A stretch of 63,566 nucleotides of DNA, filler included, from Octopus bimaculoides (Eukaryota), in NCBI RefSeq assembly GCF_001194135.2. It is 8 parts of 8 records of this genome, joined end to end, with 100 filler letters (N's around TTAATTAATTAA, not from the genome) between each part and the next. Parts side by side here need not be neighbours in the genome. Positions count along the whole stretch, not along the records: positions 39,264 to 50,827 come from NC_068986.1; positions 50,928 to 53,568 come from NC_068990.1; 6 more parts are not named here. One strand, 5' to 3'. Under the pieces are notes generated by a model. The model saw only the letters and a list, made by a program, of their open reading frames with translations. It was not told the origin of the DNA and did not search any database. How positions within the stretch are numbered: position 1 is the stretch's first letter; the number at the start of each line of letters is the position of its first letter. Of the stretch, positions 39,164 through 50,928 are shown piece by piece. A program made the position numbers and the translations under genes.

Positions 39164-39263
39164 NNNNNNNNNNNNNNNNNNNNNNNNNNNNNNNNNNNNN
39201 NNNNNNNTTAATTAATTAANNNNNNNNNNNNNNNNNNNNNNNNNNNNNNNNNNNNNNNNNNNN

Positions 39264-39298
39264 CCACCTGTTAAAAAAAAAGTGATTGAGAATCACTG
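39264..39298. mobile_element. Right end of a Charlie-like hAT MITE
   Basis: GATTGAGAATCACTG followed by CTCTAAAC, close to NTCTAGAN. The rest lies in the gap. Confidence 0.55.
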
Positions 39299-41985
39299 CT
39301 CTAAACAACGTCCTTTTCAACAACTAGTGTGTGTGTGTAATCTTGTACACAGTCATCTCTTTCAACAAGCACAGTGAAGTCTAACTGATGAGGTCACAAT
39401 AAGACTGGAACATCCTGCGCTATTTCTCACACTGAAGTAATTACAATAATGCTTGTTAAATAGTTTAACCTCTTCCAATACGATTTTCTAGTTAGGTTCC
39501 CTGCACTGAATGTAAAAGCTTATTGCAATGAAACTCGATTTCATAGATGAGGGCATGGCTGGGTGGTTAAGAAGTATACTTTGCAACTACATGGTTATAG
39601 GTTCTATCCCACTGAGCAGCATCTTGGGGCAAGTGTCTTACTATATGGCCCCAGACTAATCAATGCCTTATAAGTGAATTTGGTATACAGAAACTGTGTG
39701 GAAGCCTATCACGTGTCACCCACCTGACAAATTGTGTTGGTTTGTTTACATGTCACTTAGCATTAAAGCAAAAAGAAATCGATAGGAAGTACCAGACTTA
39801 TAAAGCAATGAAATCAGTTTTGATAGACTCAACCATTCAAAACGCTGCTCCAGCTTGCCCAATGCAATGTCCAACCGCCATGACCCTGGGTCATTCCCCC
39901 CCATCAAGAACTATGATTGAAACTCGTTCCAGCCATGACCATTCCTTCGGTTTAAGAAGTATGTGTGGCTATAAAAACAGAGCAATGTTATCCAACATGT
40001 GATTTGACTGCTATTTCTAGCAGGTCAGGGCTTCCCTAGTTCAGAACTAGGATGGTTTCCAATTTGGTAGAGTTTCTTTGGAATCCTTGTCCTACATTTA
40101 AATAGGAAACTATACTGAAGAGGTCAGTGTCTATTGTTGTTGCTAGAGGGGATGGTCACAATCGGAGCAAGTTTGATCATGTGTGTATTACAGAAAACTA
40201 TAACAAATTCACAAACAGTGTAATAATTAATCACAGCTGTAATAATTAATCACAGATTCGATCAATAGAACAGCTTTTGACTTTAGATATCAATCAGGAA
40301 GATTGATGAGGAATTGGAAAACGTTTGTGGAGGGCAGGTTTTACTTGGAACAAATAAAGCTTAACCCTCTAGCATTTAAACAGCCCATAATTAATCCCAA
40401 CAGTGTTTTATGTTTAGACCAGATAGATCTGGCCTCTCGCACGTACCCAGCAACGACATTCTAAGATTACAATCAAACGATCAAAATCTTGAAGCTACGA
40501 GATAATGAATGACAGCACCCAAAGGATGAGGAAACGAACCGCAAAAGCGATATCGAATCCCAGAATTATTCCAGTATTTCCAGACTTAACCAAACCTGTG
40601 GCTATCTTACAACTGGTTAATTACTTGGGACAACTCGAAAAAGGATTAAAGACGAGACGAAGAGTCAGTTTCAATAACATTCTCACACATCGCAAAGTCA
40701 ACCCCTCCAAAATTTAATGTTAAGGGAATAAAATAGGGAAAAAAAACATCTTTTCCTTAATTCCTATGAGAATGGAGGGTGGGGTAGGGGAGTCTCGTAA
40801 AAGAGAATTTGAAAGCTGAAATGATAACTTATTGAATAATTATAGAATAAATATTTTAGCAGCAATGATTGATCGAGGAAATCGATTTGCATTGAAGCAC
40901 ATTGATTATGAAAGTATAGGTAGAGAGAGAGAGAGAAAGAGAGACGGAATTAATTATCTCGAGACTGATTGCCATAGAAACCGAGACAATAAGAAATTGA
41001 TAAGCAGTTAAAACATTTATCACATAAGACTTTAGAACAGCGGAGGGCTGTGACACCTGATTGAAATATGGCCTTGGTGGAGCAAGGTGACATTTGAGGC
41101 AAAAATGAAGGCAATGAAAGATTTTCCATGTTCGTATAAGACCAGTCAACAAGGGAATTTCCACGTAGTAGCTTGACCTGGCAGAAATAGCAGCTTAATC
41201 ACATTATCTTACTGGAACACTTAGAATAATGTAGCACTGCAAAACCCCCAAAAGACAGGACGACCACAGCTGGGATGTCTAACCATAATCATTCATGTAC
41301 GATCAGCAAATAACAGGAATCAAAGACAGGGAAAAAAAAAAAAAAACACGATCACTCGGCTTGCTAGAAATAGCGGTCAAATTCCTACAATGACCGAAAA
41401 AAAAAGATTAGATATAATAGTCCCAGACTCACAAAGACAGGCTGGTCAAACAGCATCTGATCAATGAAGACCTGTTCAATGTGATACGTGGGTATACACA
41501 CACACACACACATTAAACATGTTTAGAGACATTTCAAACTTTAGCGAGTAAAATTAAGAATACTCGAAGGTTGTCTTATGATAGTGGACTGACATAAGTG
41601 ACCCAAGGAAGGAAGGAGAAATAACCTAGGCACGGTCTGAACAACGAGGGTCAACCATGAAACCTCAGCAGGTTGTTAGTCTTCAACATTAAAAATAACA
41701 TTAAGACTCCCCACAACACACCCTTACCCCACAGACGAGACGGTCAGAGGTGGCTCGTCTCTGATCATAAGTTGATCTCTAAAACTAAGTGTTACGGTTG
41801 AAAAGAAATCTGCGATTAAACGGAGAGAAGACGATTTACAGACGAGATGAAGTTTAAAAAAATCAAAATCTAAATTAAAATTGGTGACTGGATCGAGGAA
41901 AAAGTAAATGGCGCCCTTCTCCACGTGTGTCGGCCTCAACGGTAGAAGAGGCGCAACTAGTGATCATTTGGTGGCGGGCAAAAGC

Positions 41986-42023
<38 letters not shown>

Positions 42024-44833
42024 GAAAGGTAAAGAGAATAACGCAACGAACCAAGAAAATAATAATAATAATAATAATAGAGGGAGGGAGAAACCAGTAA
42101 CAGTTCAGTTAGCACAACTGCTGCTACCTTGACGCACTTTATATCATAAAGTGTACAAACTGGGTGTGTGTGTGTGTGAAAGTTTAGATACAGGTTTAGA
42201 TTTAGTACCAGGTCAGCCCTGATCAAGCAGATTCTATGCACCAGACCATTCCGACCATGACAACAGGCTTTGTTTTTTTTTTCTTTTCGTTTTGGCAGAC
42301 AGTATTGTCTTAGATTTACGTTAAACCCCAACTGAGTTTTGCTTCACATTTAAGGGGACTTATTTCTTGCGATGAGAGCAACCAGTGGAGAATCCTTGGG
42401 AAATATAGACGACATGGATTTATCTAAAGAAAGTGTATAAACCAGTAACTCCTAATTGAGCAAACCTATGATCAAAGGCGCTCTAGCCGTGGCCGTCCTT
42501 GGTTATGCCTGGAGGAATACATTATACAAATATGCCCTTCTTTTTGATGACATGATTTAAGGGAGATTGGGTTATTTGAAGCAGGTTTGATCAGGGAAAC
42601 ACGAAACCACCAAATGAACTCCTTGAATCCATCAGTTAAAAAACAACAACACAATCACATACATACGCACACGTGTGTGTGTGTGTGTAAACTTACTGGC
42701 GTGGTGCCTTCCCAAAAATGTGTAGGTTCAGTTTAAAGGGATGATGACACGGTAATTGAGGAAGCGCGAGTTATCGCTCAAGGGAACAAGCAAGCCGTTG
42801 CAGAATTAACAATGCACAGCACAATCAGAGTGCACGAAGCATATCATTAAATTGCTTCCATCTTCCTCTGGCCAAGCATTAAACTCAAACTCCTATGTTA
42901 TGAAATGTTTCTTTTAGCGCTTTACACGAGAGCCACAGGTTGTTTATATGCACACACGCATTCGACAAGAGGCTCAGAGATTCGAGACAGTCGCTGAACC
43001 CAAAAGAAACAGACAAAATCTTCGTCAAACCAAAGACTAGCTGCCATTTTTAAACGGAGAGCACCCTTGGGTTATGTTTGGAGATGATCACCGTCTATTA
43101 TAGATCAGCTTAAATCAGAGTTAATCTGCGGGGATAAACAATAACACTTTACTGGGTTGTTACACAATTTTGATAGAGTGGAGACCTATCGCATTTAGAA
43201 TAGGTCGGCAAGACGACTAGGTGAAAACAAGATCTGGTCTACCAGGTCAACAGTTCGGATTAGCGGGTGACGATACTCCAACGTACACACAGGCTTCAAA
43301 TGGAGTCGAAAAGTTACGAACCCTTATCCTCAGATTAATAGTAATGGTTTCCGAATTAGATACAAGACAATTTTGAATGAAGGGGCTGATCACTTCAATA
43401 TTTCACCGATATTTTGTTTTATCGGCTCTAAAGGAATAAAAAGCAAAAGTGATCCCGGCGGGATTTGAACTTAAAGCGTTAAGAGCCGGAAGAAATAGTT
43501 CAGTGCATTTTCGCCGATGCTCTACCGGCTTTTTACCTGTCTGAAACGAGACATTTTTGGTGGTGGTGGTGGGGGGGATGGAAGGACAGTGGATTAATAT
43601 CTAACCAAATAGTTAAATGCTTGGATTCTGTGGTCAAAGAAAAATCTCAAGTCAATTCAATCGTCACTCTGTCCCACCAAAAACCTGGTCCGACATCAAA
43701 CGAGAGCGGACTTCGTTCGAGCCACCCTGGCACCAAGTAAACGTNNNNNNNNNNNNNNNNNNNNNNNNNNNNNNNNNNNNNNNNNNNNNNNNNNNNNNNN
43801 NNNNNNNNNNNNNNNNNNNNNNNNNNNNNNNNNNNNNNNNNNNNNNNNNNNNNNNNNNNNNNNNNNNNNNNNNNNNNNNNNNNNNNNNNNNNNNNNNNNN
43901 NNNNNNNNNNNNNNNNNNNNNNNNNNNNNNNNNNNNNNNNNNNNNNNNNNNNNNNNNNNNNNNNNNNNNNNNNNNNNNNNNNNNNNNNNNNNNNNNNNNN
44001 NNNNNNNNNNNNNNNNNNNNNNNNNNNNNNNNNNNNNNNNNNNNNNNNNNNNNNNNNNNNNNNNNNNNNNNNNNNNNNNNNNNNNNNNNNNNNNNNNNNN
44101 NNNNNNNNNNNNNNNNNNNNNNNNNNNNNNNNNNNNNNNNNNNNNNNNNNNNNNNNNNNNNNNNNNNNNNNNNNNNNNNNNNNNNNNNNNNNNNNNNNNN
44201 NNNNNNNNNNNNNNNNNNNNNNNNNNNNNNNNNNNNNNNNNNNNNNNNNNNNNNNNNNNNNNNNNNNNNNNNNNNNNNNNNNNNNNNNNNNNNNNNNNNN
44301 NNNNNNNNNNNNNNNNNNNNNNNNNNNNNNNNNNNNNNNNNNNNNNNNNNNNNNNNNNNNNNNNNNNNNNNNNNNNNNNNNNNNNNNNNNNNNNNNNNNN
44401 NNNNNNNNNNNNNNNNNNNNNNNNNNNNNNNNNNNNNNNNNNNNNNNNNNNNNNNNNNNNNNNNNNNNNNNNNNNNNNNNNNNNNNNNNNNNNNNNNNNN
44501 NNNNNNNNNNNNNNNNNNNNNNNNNNNNNNNNNNNNNNNNNNNNNNNNNNNNNNNNNNNNNNNNNNNNNNNNNNNNNNNNNNNNNNNNNNNNNNNNNNNN
44601 NNNNNNNNNNNNNNNNNNNNNNNNNNNNNNNNNNNNNATACACACAACATATAGAGACAGATTGTACATAAACCTAAAAGTTGGAATATTCTAACTCCAA
44701 CAAAGCTGTGTCTTGGATCTAAAAGCAATTACCAAATATATTCTTCCTTTCAAGAAAAATATTTTCATTAACCTAAAACTTGTCTTTCAAACACAAAAAC
44801 GTGCTATAGTCCTAGATATACTAGGCATCGGAG

Positions 44834-44933
44834 GTAAAGAATACGTACACCACCCATTTTCGGCGTAACAAAAACCCTAATCCTCACCCCTAAACACCGG
44901 GTGTACATATTCTTTACTTTCGCCGTACTAGGC
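44834..44933 (+). mobile_element. ~100-bp element with 18-bp subterminal inverted repeats and 3' hairpin (Helentron/HINE-like or MITE)
   Basis: GTAAAGAATACGTACACC (44834) / GGTGTACATATTCTTTAC (44900-44917), internal CCCTAA-like motifs, hairpin GCC-GTACTA-GGC. Confidence 0.6.
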
Positions 44934-45352
44934 AACAAAAAGAAAATATACAGCGTGGTCATGGCTGGATTACAGTTGCCGGGTGCTAAACAATCCCCCA
45001 ACGTTTCGTATGGGTTTATTTACTACTCAACAACACTACTCAGCATCTCATTCATTTAACCGAGTCAGGCAACGATTCAAGATGGATATTACACACACAC
45101 GAGGCTTGCTAACAGACAGTTTGTGCGTGAGTAAGAGAGAGATGGACAGTGAGAGAGAGAGAGGGAGAGGGGTCAGAGAGAGAGTGAAGGGGTCAAAAGG
45201 GAGAGAGAACAGAAGCATGAAAGAGAGGAGAGCGTATCGTGAAAAGCAGCCCTGACGAAGTGTAATGTGTTATAGTAGTAGCTGGAAGAGGAGGCGGGTG
45301 TGAGAATTCCCACCCGCCGCCTCGGCAATAATTTCCAAGTAAAATAACTTAC

Positions 45353-45410
45353 CATGTGCCTGTCCATTCCGGATTTTATGCCAAGCTTCGATGATCAACG
45401 AGAAGGACCT
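45353..45410 (-). CDS. Delta: Delta-like Notch ligand, coding exon 3 (58 nt, phase 0 to 1)
   Basis: tttattttgaag|AGG TCC TTC...CAT G|gtaagt encodes RSFSLIIEAWHKIRNGQAH, matching the Delta FSLIIEAWH motif and the ~60-nt phase-1 exon 3 of DLL genes. Confidence 0.92.
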
Positions 45411-46037
45411 CTTCAAAATAAAAATTCAAAAAAATACACACATATATATATATATATATATATACTTAAACGTTTTTGTGGTAGACATGGAAGGAAGGAA
45501 GAAACAAGAGACAAATCACACACACACATTGTTTTGCAACCTATTCATCATTGTTGCAACTTATAAATAAAGAGGGTTGGGGACTGGATGAGTCCTCGAG
45601 ATGGTTGAAATAGCGAAAGAATAAACCAAGGTTCGACCACCCGTGGATTGTACAAATAATTACGGGACTCCCACTCTTCCAGCGATTGCATTTTCGTTAT
45701 ACTTGTTCCTTAAGAGATCGATAGTTTAACAAAGTAGCCTGGAGTCGGTTGTAATTGACTGAAAGAAAAAACTTCTGTGGTGGTAGTCCAGCTNNNNNNN
45801 NNNNNNNNNNNNNNNNNNNNNNNNNNNNNNNNNNNNNNNNNNNNNNNNNNNNNNNNNNNNNNNNNNNNNNNNNNNNNNNNNNNNNNNNNNNNNNNNNNNN
45901 NNNNNNNNNGTCCAGCTTGGACTGCAATCCAATGATAAAGCAGTAAAAGAATGATCATTCAGGTTCTCTTTGCCGCTTACACCCACCCTCCTGTTTGAGT
46001 TTTTTGTTTTTAAAAGAAGTGGGGAGGCAACTAAATA

Positions 46038-46126
46038 GGCGAAGGTACGAATACGTACACCCGGTGGTTAGTTTTAGGGTTCGGGTTTCTGTTACGCCGA
46101 AAACCAGTGGTGTACGTATTCTTTAC
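46038..46126 (-). mobile_element. Second copy of the 44834-44933 element, inverted
   Basis: Reverse complement reads GTAAAGAATACGTACACCACTGGTTTTCGGCGTAACAGAAACCCG...GGTGTACGTATTCGTACCTTCGCC. Confidence 0.7.
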
Positions 46127-46799
46127 AATTATGTTCTTCAGCCTCTCTTCGAAAATGAAGAGGCTCTTTAAAAGCTTTGCCTCTGGATGTACTCAGTCGG
46201 CAAAATGAATTTATTTGCACTTGGACCAGTGTCCTAGGCAACGAAGGTTCGATTCGTTAAGAAGTTTTACTCCGAAAAAGGAATTTTTTCTCTTCGAGAG
46301 CAAAATAAAAACAAAAAGACTGATATATCCAAGGGGACCCCAATGGGATCACACTGCAACAAACACTAAAATTCACCTCACCTCACCTCCCAAAACATCA
46401 ATTTACGAAGACTGGCTCAACTGTCAGTGAGATGATCATGACTGGAACGCTTTCGACCGTACATCTGGTGGATGGGAGAGGACTTGCAACTGCAGTGTAC
46501 AAGGTCGGCTAGAGATGCCGAGTGTGGAAGCTACTCTCTGTATGTCGGATATTAAGCGACGAAGTAGCAACGAGCTCTGCTGGTAATCTAATCCATATCA
46601 TAATTATGTTGGTGGCTATGGAATAATAAGAACCGTTTCTCTAATTTTAGAACAAGGGTCATTGTAACGGGAGGAGATGAGTAGATTACACCAACCCCAG
46701 CATTTGACTGGTACTTTATTTTACTGAGCGAAGTCGACCAGGGCGAAATGTGAATTCAGGGCCTGAAGGTCGGGAAGAATGCTAACGATTTAGCCAGCT

Positions 46800-47040
46800 C
46801 GCCACCTTAATAATGGTTTCAAAATTTTGGCACAAGGCCAGTAATTCTGGGGGAGCGGATAAGTCGATAAGATCGACCCCCAGTACTCAACTGGTACTGA
46901 TTTTATCGACGCCTCAATGATTTAAAGACTAAGTCGACCTCGGCGGAATTTGAACTCAGAACGTAAAGACGGACGAAATACCGCTAGGCGTTTTGTCCGG
47001 CGTGCTAACGATTCTGCCAGCTCGCCACCTTCATAATAAT
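46800..47040 (-). mobile_element. SINE family E in Delta intron 2
   Basis: GGCACAAGGCC...AAGTCGACCTCGGCGGAATTTGAACTCAGAACG...CTGCCAGCTCGCCACCTT between AAT repeats. Confidence 0.85.
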
Positions 47041-47285
47041 AATAACTTCTGACAGTGATTCTAAACTAGCAGATATGAATAAACAATCTGCCAGACCACA
47101 AAGATATTCTTGGGAAATGCAAACATCAGTAGACAGGCAGACGACACACATGAAAAACTACTACAAATGAACAGTAAAGCACCTCAGATGTTGAATGGAA
47201 TTAGAAGAGATTGAGACACAACGACAATTGTTTTATACAATAAATGTATTTACAGAGAGAGAGAGAAAAGAAAATCACAACTTAC

Positions 47286-47591
47286 CGGCCACGAAGACTT
47301 GATCAAGAACTTCAACGGGTTGGTAAAATTAGGTAAATCCTGAGAGAAATCTATAACATTACTCCCCAAAACTGGTGACTCTGTGAGGGCAAAAGAACAC
47401 TTTTTCCCCGAGACAATATTGGCCATGTAATGCGTAAGACATATCCGAAAGAAGGTAGAACACGCCGTACAGTTGTTTCCAGCTTGGCCGGTGGCCACCA
47501 CATTATTACTGCAACAGTTGCCGCTTTTTAGTAATCCCTTTGTATTCCTGAAGGATTTCAAATGTATTTGGAACATCCCGGTGCCAAGGAC
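47286..47591 (-). CDS. Delta: Delta-like Notch ligand, coding exon 2 (306 nt, MNNL/C2 domain)
   Basis: cag|GTC...CCG|gtaag encodes VLGTGMFQIHLKSFRNTKGLLKSGNCC...CSTFFRICLTHY...CSFALTESPVLGSN...NPLKFLIKSSWP. TFFRICLTHY, PVLG and NPLKF favour Delta over Serrate/Jagged. Confidence 0.96.
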
Positions 47592-48620
47592 CTGACCAAC
47601 GTGGATAAACAAACACAAGACAAAATTAAAACTTTTTCGGCATTCAATGGTTTATACACAACACAGAGCAAAAACATACACGGTGAAACACAGCATGTAT
47701 ATATATATATATAAACACACACACACACACACACACAAAACCTGCGAATTAACACAGGCACGGACGAACAAGGACACGTTCGATAGATTAAGGGAAAATG
47801 TAAACGCCGATAGACATGAAACAAAGAAGTTTAAAGTGGTTTCTTTAATTAGAAATTATTATATATATATGGATATACACACCGTTTTAACTGTGTTCCT
47901 TGTGTGTATACATATACATATATATATATACTTCTCAAAATACTATTATACATACACGTGTGTTAATATTTATTATAAACATTTTACTCTAGTCGTCATA
48001 CATAATGTGTGTGTGTTTAAATATCTTTCTTGGGAAATCTTAGGCATGCATAAATATGCCTGTAAATGTATATACATGTATATACATACACACAATGTAT
48101 ACACGGTGAACCAAAAGTACAAGAAAAAACGAAACAAAGAGGAGAGACAAAGATGGAATGTAAGAGAAATGAGGGGTGGGGAGCAGGGTATAGGAGGGAA
48201 AAGGTGAGGAGAAAGAGAGAGAGAAGATGCTCTGCAGGAATTAAGTGTGAAAACGAGAATTCAAACGAAACCAAAATATTGAGAGAGAGAGAAACGACAA
48301 GGAAAGACAGATGGAATGCAGAGGAAGAAGGGAGGGGTGGGGTGGGTAGAAGAGCTTCAAAAGAAATTAAAAGAGAACAGAGAGAAAGAACGAGAGNNNN
48401 NNNNNNTAAATATGCCTGTAAATGTATATACATGTATATACATACACACAATGTATACACGGTGAACCAAAAGTACAAGAAAAAACGAAACAAAGAGGAG
48501 AGACAAAGATGGAATGTAAGAGAAAAAAAAAGGAGGGGGAAGGTGGGGTGGTGGGTGAAATATTTCAAAGTCAACCTGAAGAAAACCGACTGGCCCTGCC
48601 CTCAAAGAAACGACACTCAC

Positions 48621-48680
48621 CTGCTTGAGAGTGATTAGAACCAGAATACTGGCCCAAAGTAGTGCCGTGGTCGAGCGCAT
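48621..48680 (-). CDS. Delta: Delta-like Notch ligand, coding exon 1 (signal peptide)
   Basis: ATG..CAG|gtgagt encodes MRSTTALLWASILVLITLKQ. Joins exon 2 in phase 0 at Q|V, as in vertebrate DLL1 (LCQ|VWSSG). Confidence 0.9.
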
Positions 48681-48782
48681 CCTTGTTTCTGCTGGTTCAA
48701 GTCGTCGTCGTCGTCGCCTGCTGCTGTTGATAGAAATGTCTAAAGTAACAGCCTCGGTCTGGCAGCAGCGTTACTGCTTTGA

Positions 48783-48810
48783 CTCCGCCCCCATACAACC
48801 TGATTGACAG
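48783..48810 (-). promoter_or_regulatory. Candidate Delta proximal promoter: GC box and CAAT-like motif
   Basis: GGGGCGGAG at 48791-48783 and GTCAATCAGG about 105-130 bp upstream of the ATG. Motif match only. Confidence 0.35.
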
Positions 48811-50928
48811 CACAAACTGGAAAGATATGATAATTAGTGACAGCAGGCAAACACACAGAGAGAAAGGGGAGACACAAGAAATACACACACGCAAATAAAT
48901 ATAAATATATATACACATACACACACAAGCAAATAAATATATATATATACACACATATCTATATAACATACACACACGCGCAAATAAATATATATTTATA
49001 TATATATATACATATATACCAACACATATCTATATAACATATACACACACACGTATATATTAGCTGCAAAAAGGAGAGGACGAAAGAGAACCGGAGAAAC
49101 TTACAGAGAAAATAACATGGATTAAACTAGAGAGAAAAGAGTGAGTGAATATATTTTGAAATATGTAAGGGGATGGATGTGAATGGACTTCGACAGAGTG
49201 AGAAAGAAAGGACGGGTGTGAAGGGAAGAGAATTTAAGGAGATTGATTAATATATGTGTGTGTTTGTATATAAAGAAAAAAAACAACATTGTATAGGAGG
49301 GATTTAAGCAGGAGTTTCATCCTTTTAAAAAAACTTTTCATTATTAAGCCATTTAAGAGAGAACACACACACACACACACACATACATAGTGTAACAAAT
49401 AATGTGCGCGCGCGAGAGAGCACAAACACACGTGCGCGTATGCGCGCGGCTGGCGAACTCCTGTTACACGAAGCCAGCTCGAACACACGTACACAGAGAC
49501 GAGACGAGACGGGCGGGCGGCGGCGTGCTGACACATGAGCAACTCCAGGTACCGAACACACACACACACAAAGTAAGCAAAGAAGCGTGCGGACACTGGT
49601 GGTGGCGGTGGAAATAGACGAGGGAGGGGTGGAAATCGGAGAAAGAAACCAATCAAAATCAAGTAATAACTTTTTAAAAGGTAACCCCCCCCTCTACAAT
49701 ACAGAGGACAATTTAAGCTGTTTATTAAAGAAGGGAACACTTGCTCTGTGTGTGTGTGTGCGCGCGCGTGCGCGCGTGTGTGTGTGTATATTGGGGTTTG
49801 TGGCAATGTGATTCATTAAATATGAGTGCGAGGGGGCCCTCTCTAACAATAACACCTTGCGAAGGAGATATGAACTCACCTCCTTCACAAGTTCAAATCC
49901 AACTCGCCGCTTGCCGGCACCTGATGTCATCAGTCGGCCAAAGAGCAGCAGCGCAAGGTGTGCGCGTGCGGCGCTCCAAACCCGACATCTCTCCCCTCCG
50001 CAAACCCGCCAATTTTTCTTTCATCGAAGTTCTTTTACTCGTTCAGTGCAAGTCGGTAAGACGAACGTTCGATTTGTAATCGATACATTATAAACTCAAA
50101 CCGAGATAGAAAATAAATGCCGAAAAAATGTTTATAATTAAACAGATTTTTGGTGATGTAATAGTCTTCATCCTTTTTTCGTTTGTGCATTAAAGGTGGC
50201 ATTCAATGAAATGGTTCTGACCGGGAACCGAAATTCCGCTGCCGTCGCCCATTTCACGAAGTGTTTTACTGATGTCAAAAGATTCACAGAATGAGGAACT
50301 CTAAAAGTATTTTTTAAGCAACACCACTAAAACCATGTGACGAAATTCGTGGATTTCCTACAGAGATATTTAGAACGGGGAGAAAGTTTTCATTATATTC
50401 TACCTCGGTTCAAATATTGGCATTTTTTCATTGTATAGAAAAGTGAGGCGACCTGATGAAACGGCGTGCTCACCAACGATGTAAGTTTTAAATATTAAAA
50501 TGAGCGGTTTAAATATTTAGAAGTTCTCAAAAAGAAAAAAAAAATGTACAAAAACCAAGAGAAGGAGAATTCTTAGGCTATTTTGTTTTATTTTCAAATT
50601 TTAGGAAAACAAAAAACAATTGTTTTGCCCACATTTGATTCAGAACTAAGAATATTTCCAAGTGAAATCTGTACAATTTAGTGTTCAAGTTTAAATTAAA
50701 TGTACTTCTGGTGAATTAATGGAAGCTAAAAGCATCGAAAGTTCTTGTGTCGCGCCGGTCAAAACGTGTGGGCCGGTTGCTGAGAGACCCATAAATCCGA
50801 CTTGACAAATATTTTCATGTGGACTGGNNNNNNNNNNNNNNNNNNNNNNNNNNNNNNNNNNNNNNNNNNNNTTAATTAATTAANNNNNNNNNNNNNNNNN
50901 NNNNNNNNNNNNNNNNNNNNNNNNNNNA

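Noticed and set aside
40361-40726. Possible piggyBac-like MITE (TTAA|CCCT...AGGG)
   Set aside because: The right TIR is degenerate and the TTAA duplication is absent. Too weak to call.
48047-48524. ~118-bp duplicate in Delta intron 1 across a 10-N gap
   Set aside because: The second copy starts exactly at the contig edge, so it is likely an overlap or allelic artefact.
50453-50459. Other CTGATGA heptamers (also minus strand 31063-31069 and 31580-31586)
   Set aside because: No properly paired stem II followed by GAAA, so not called hammerheads.
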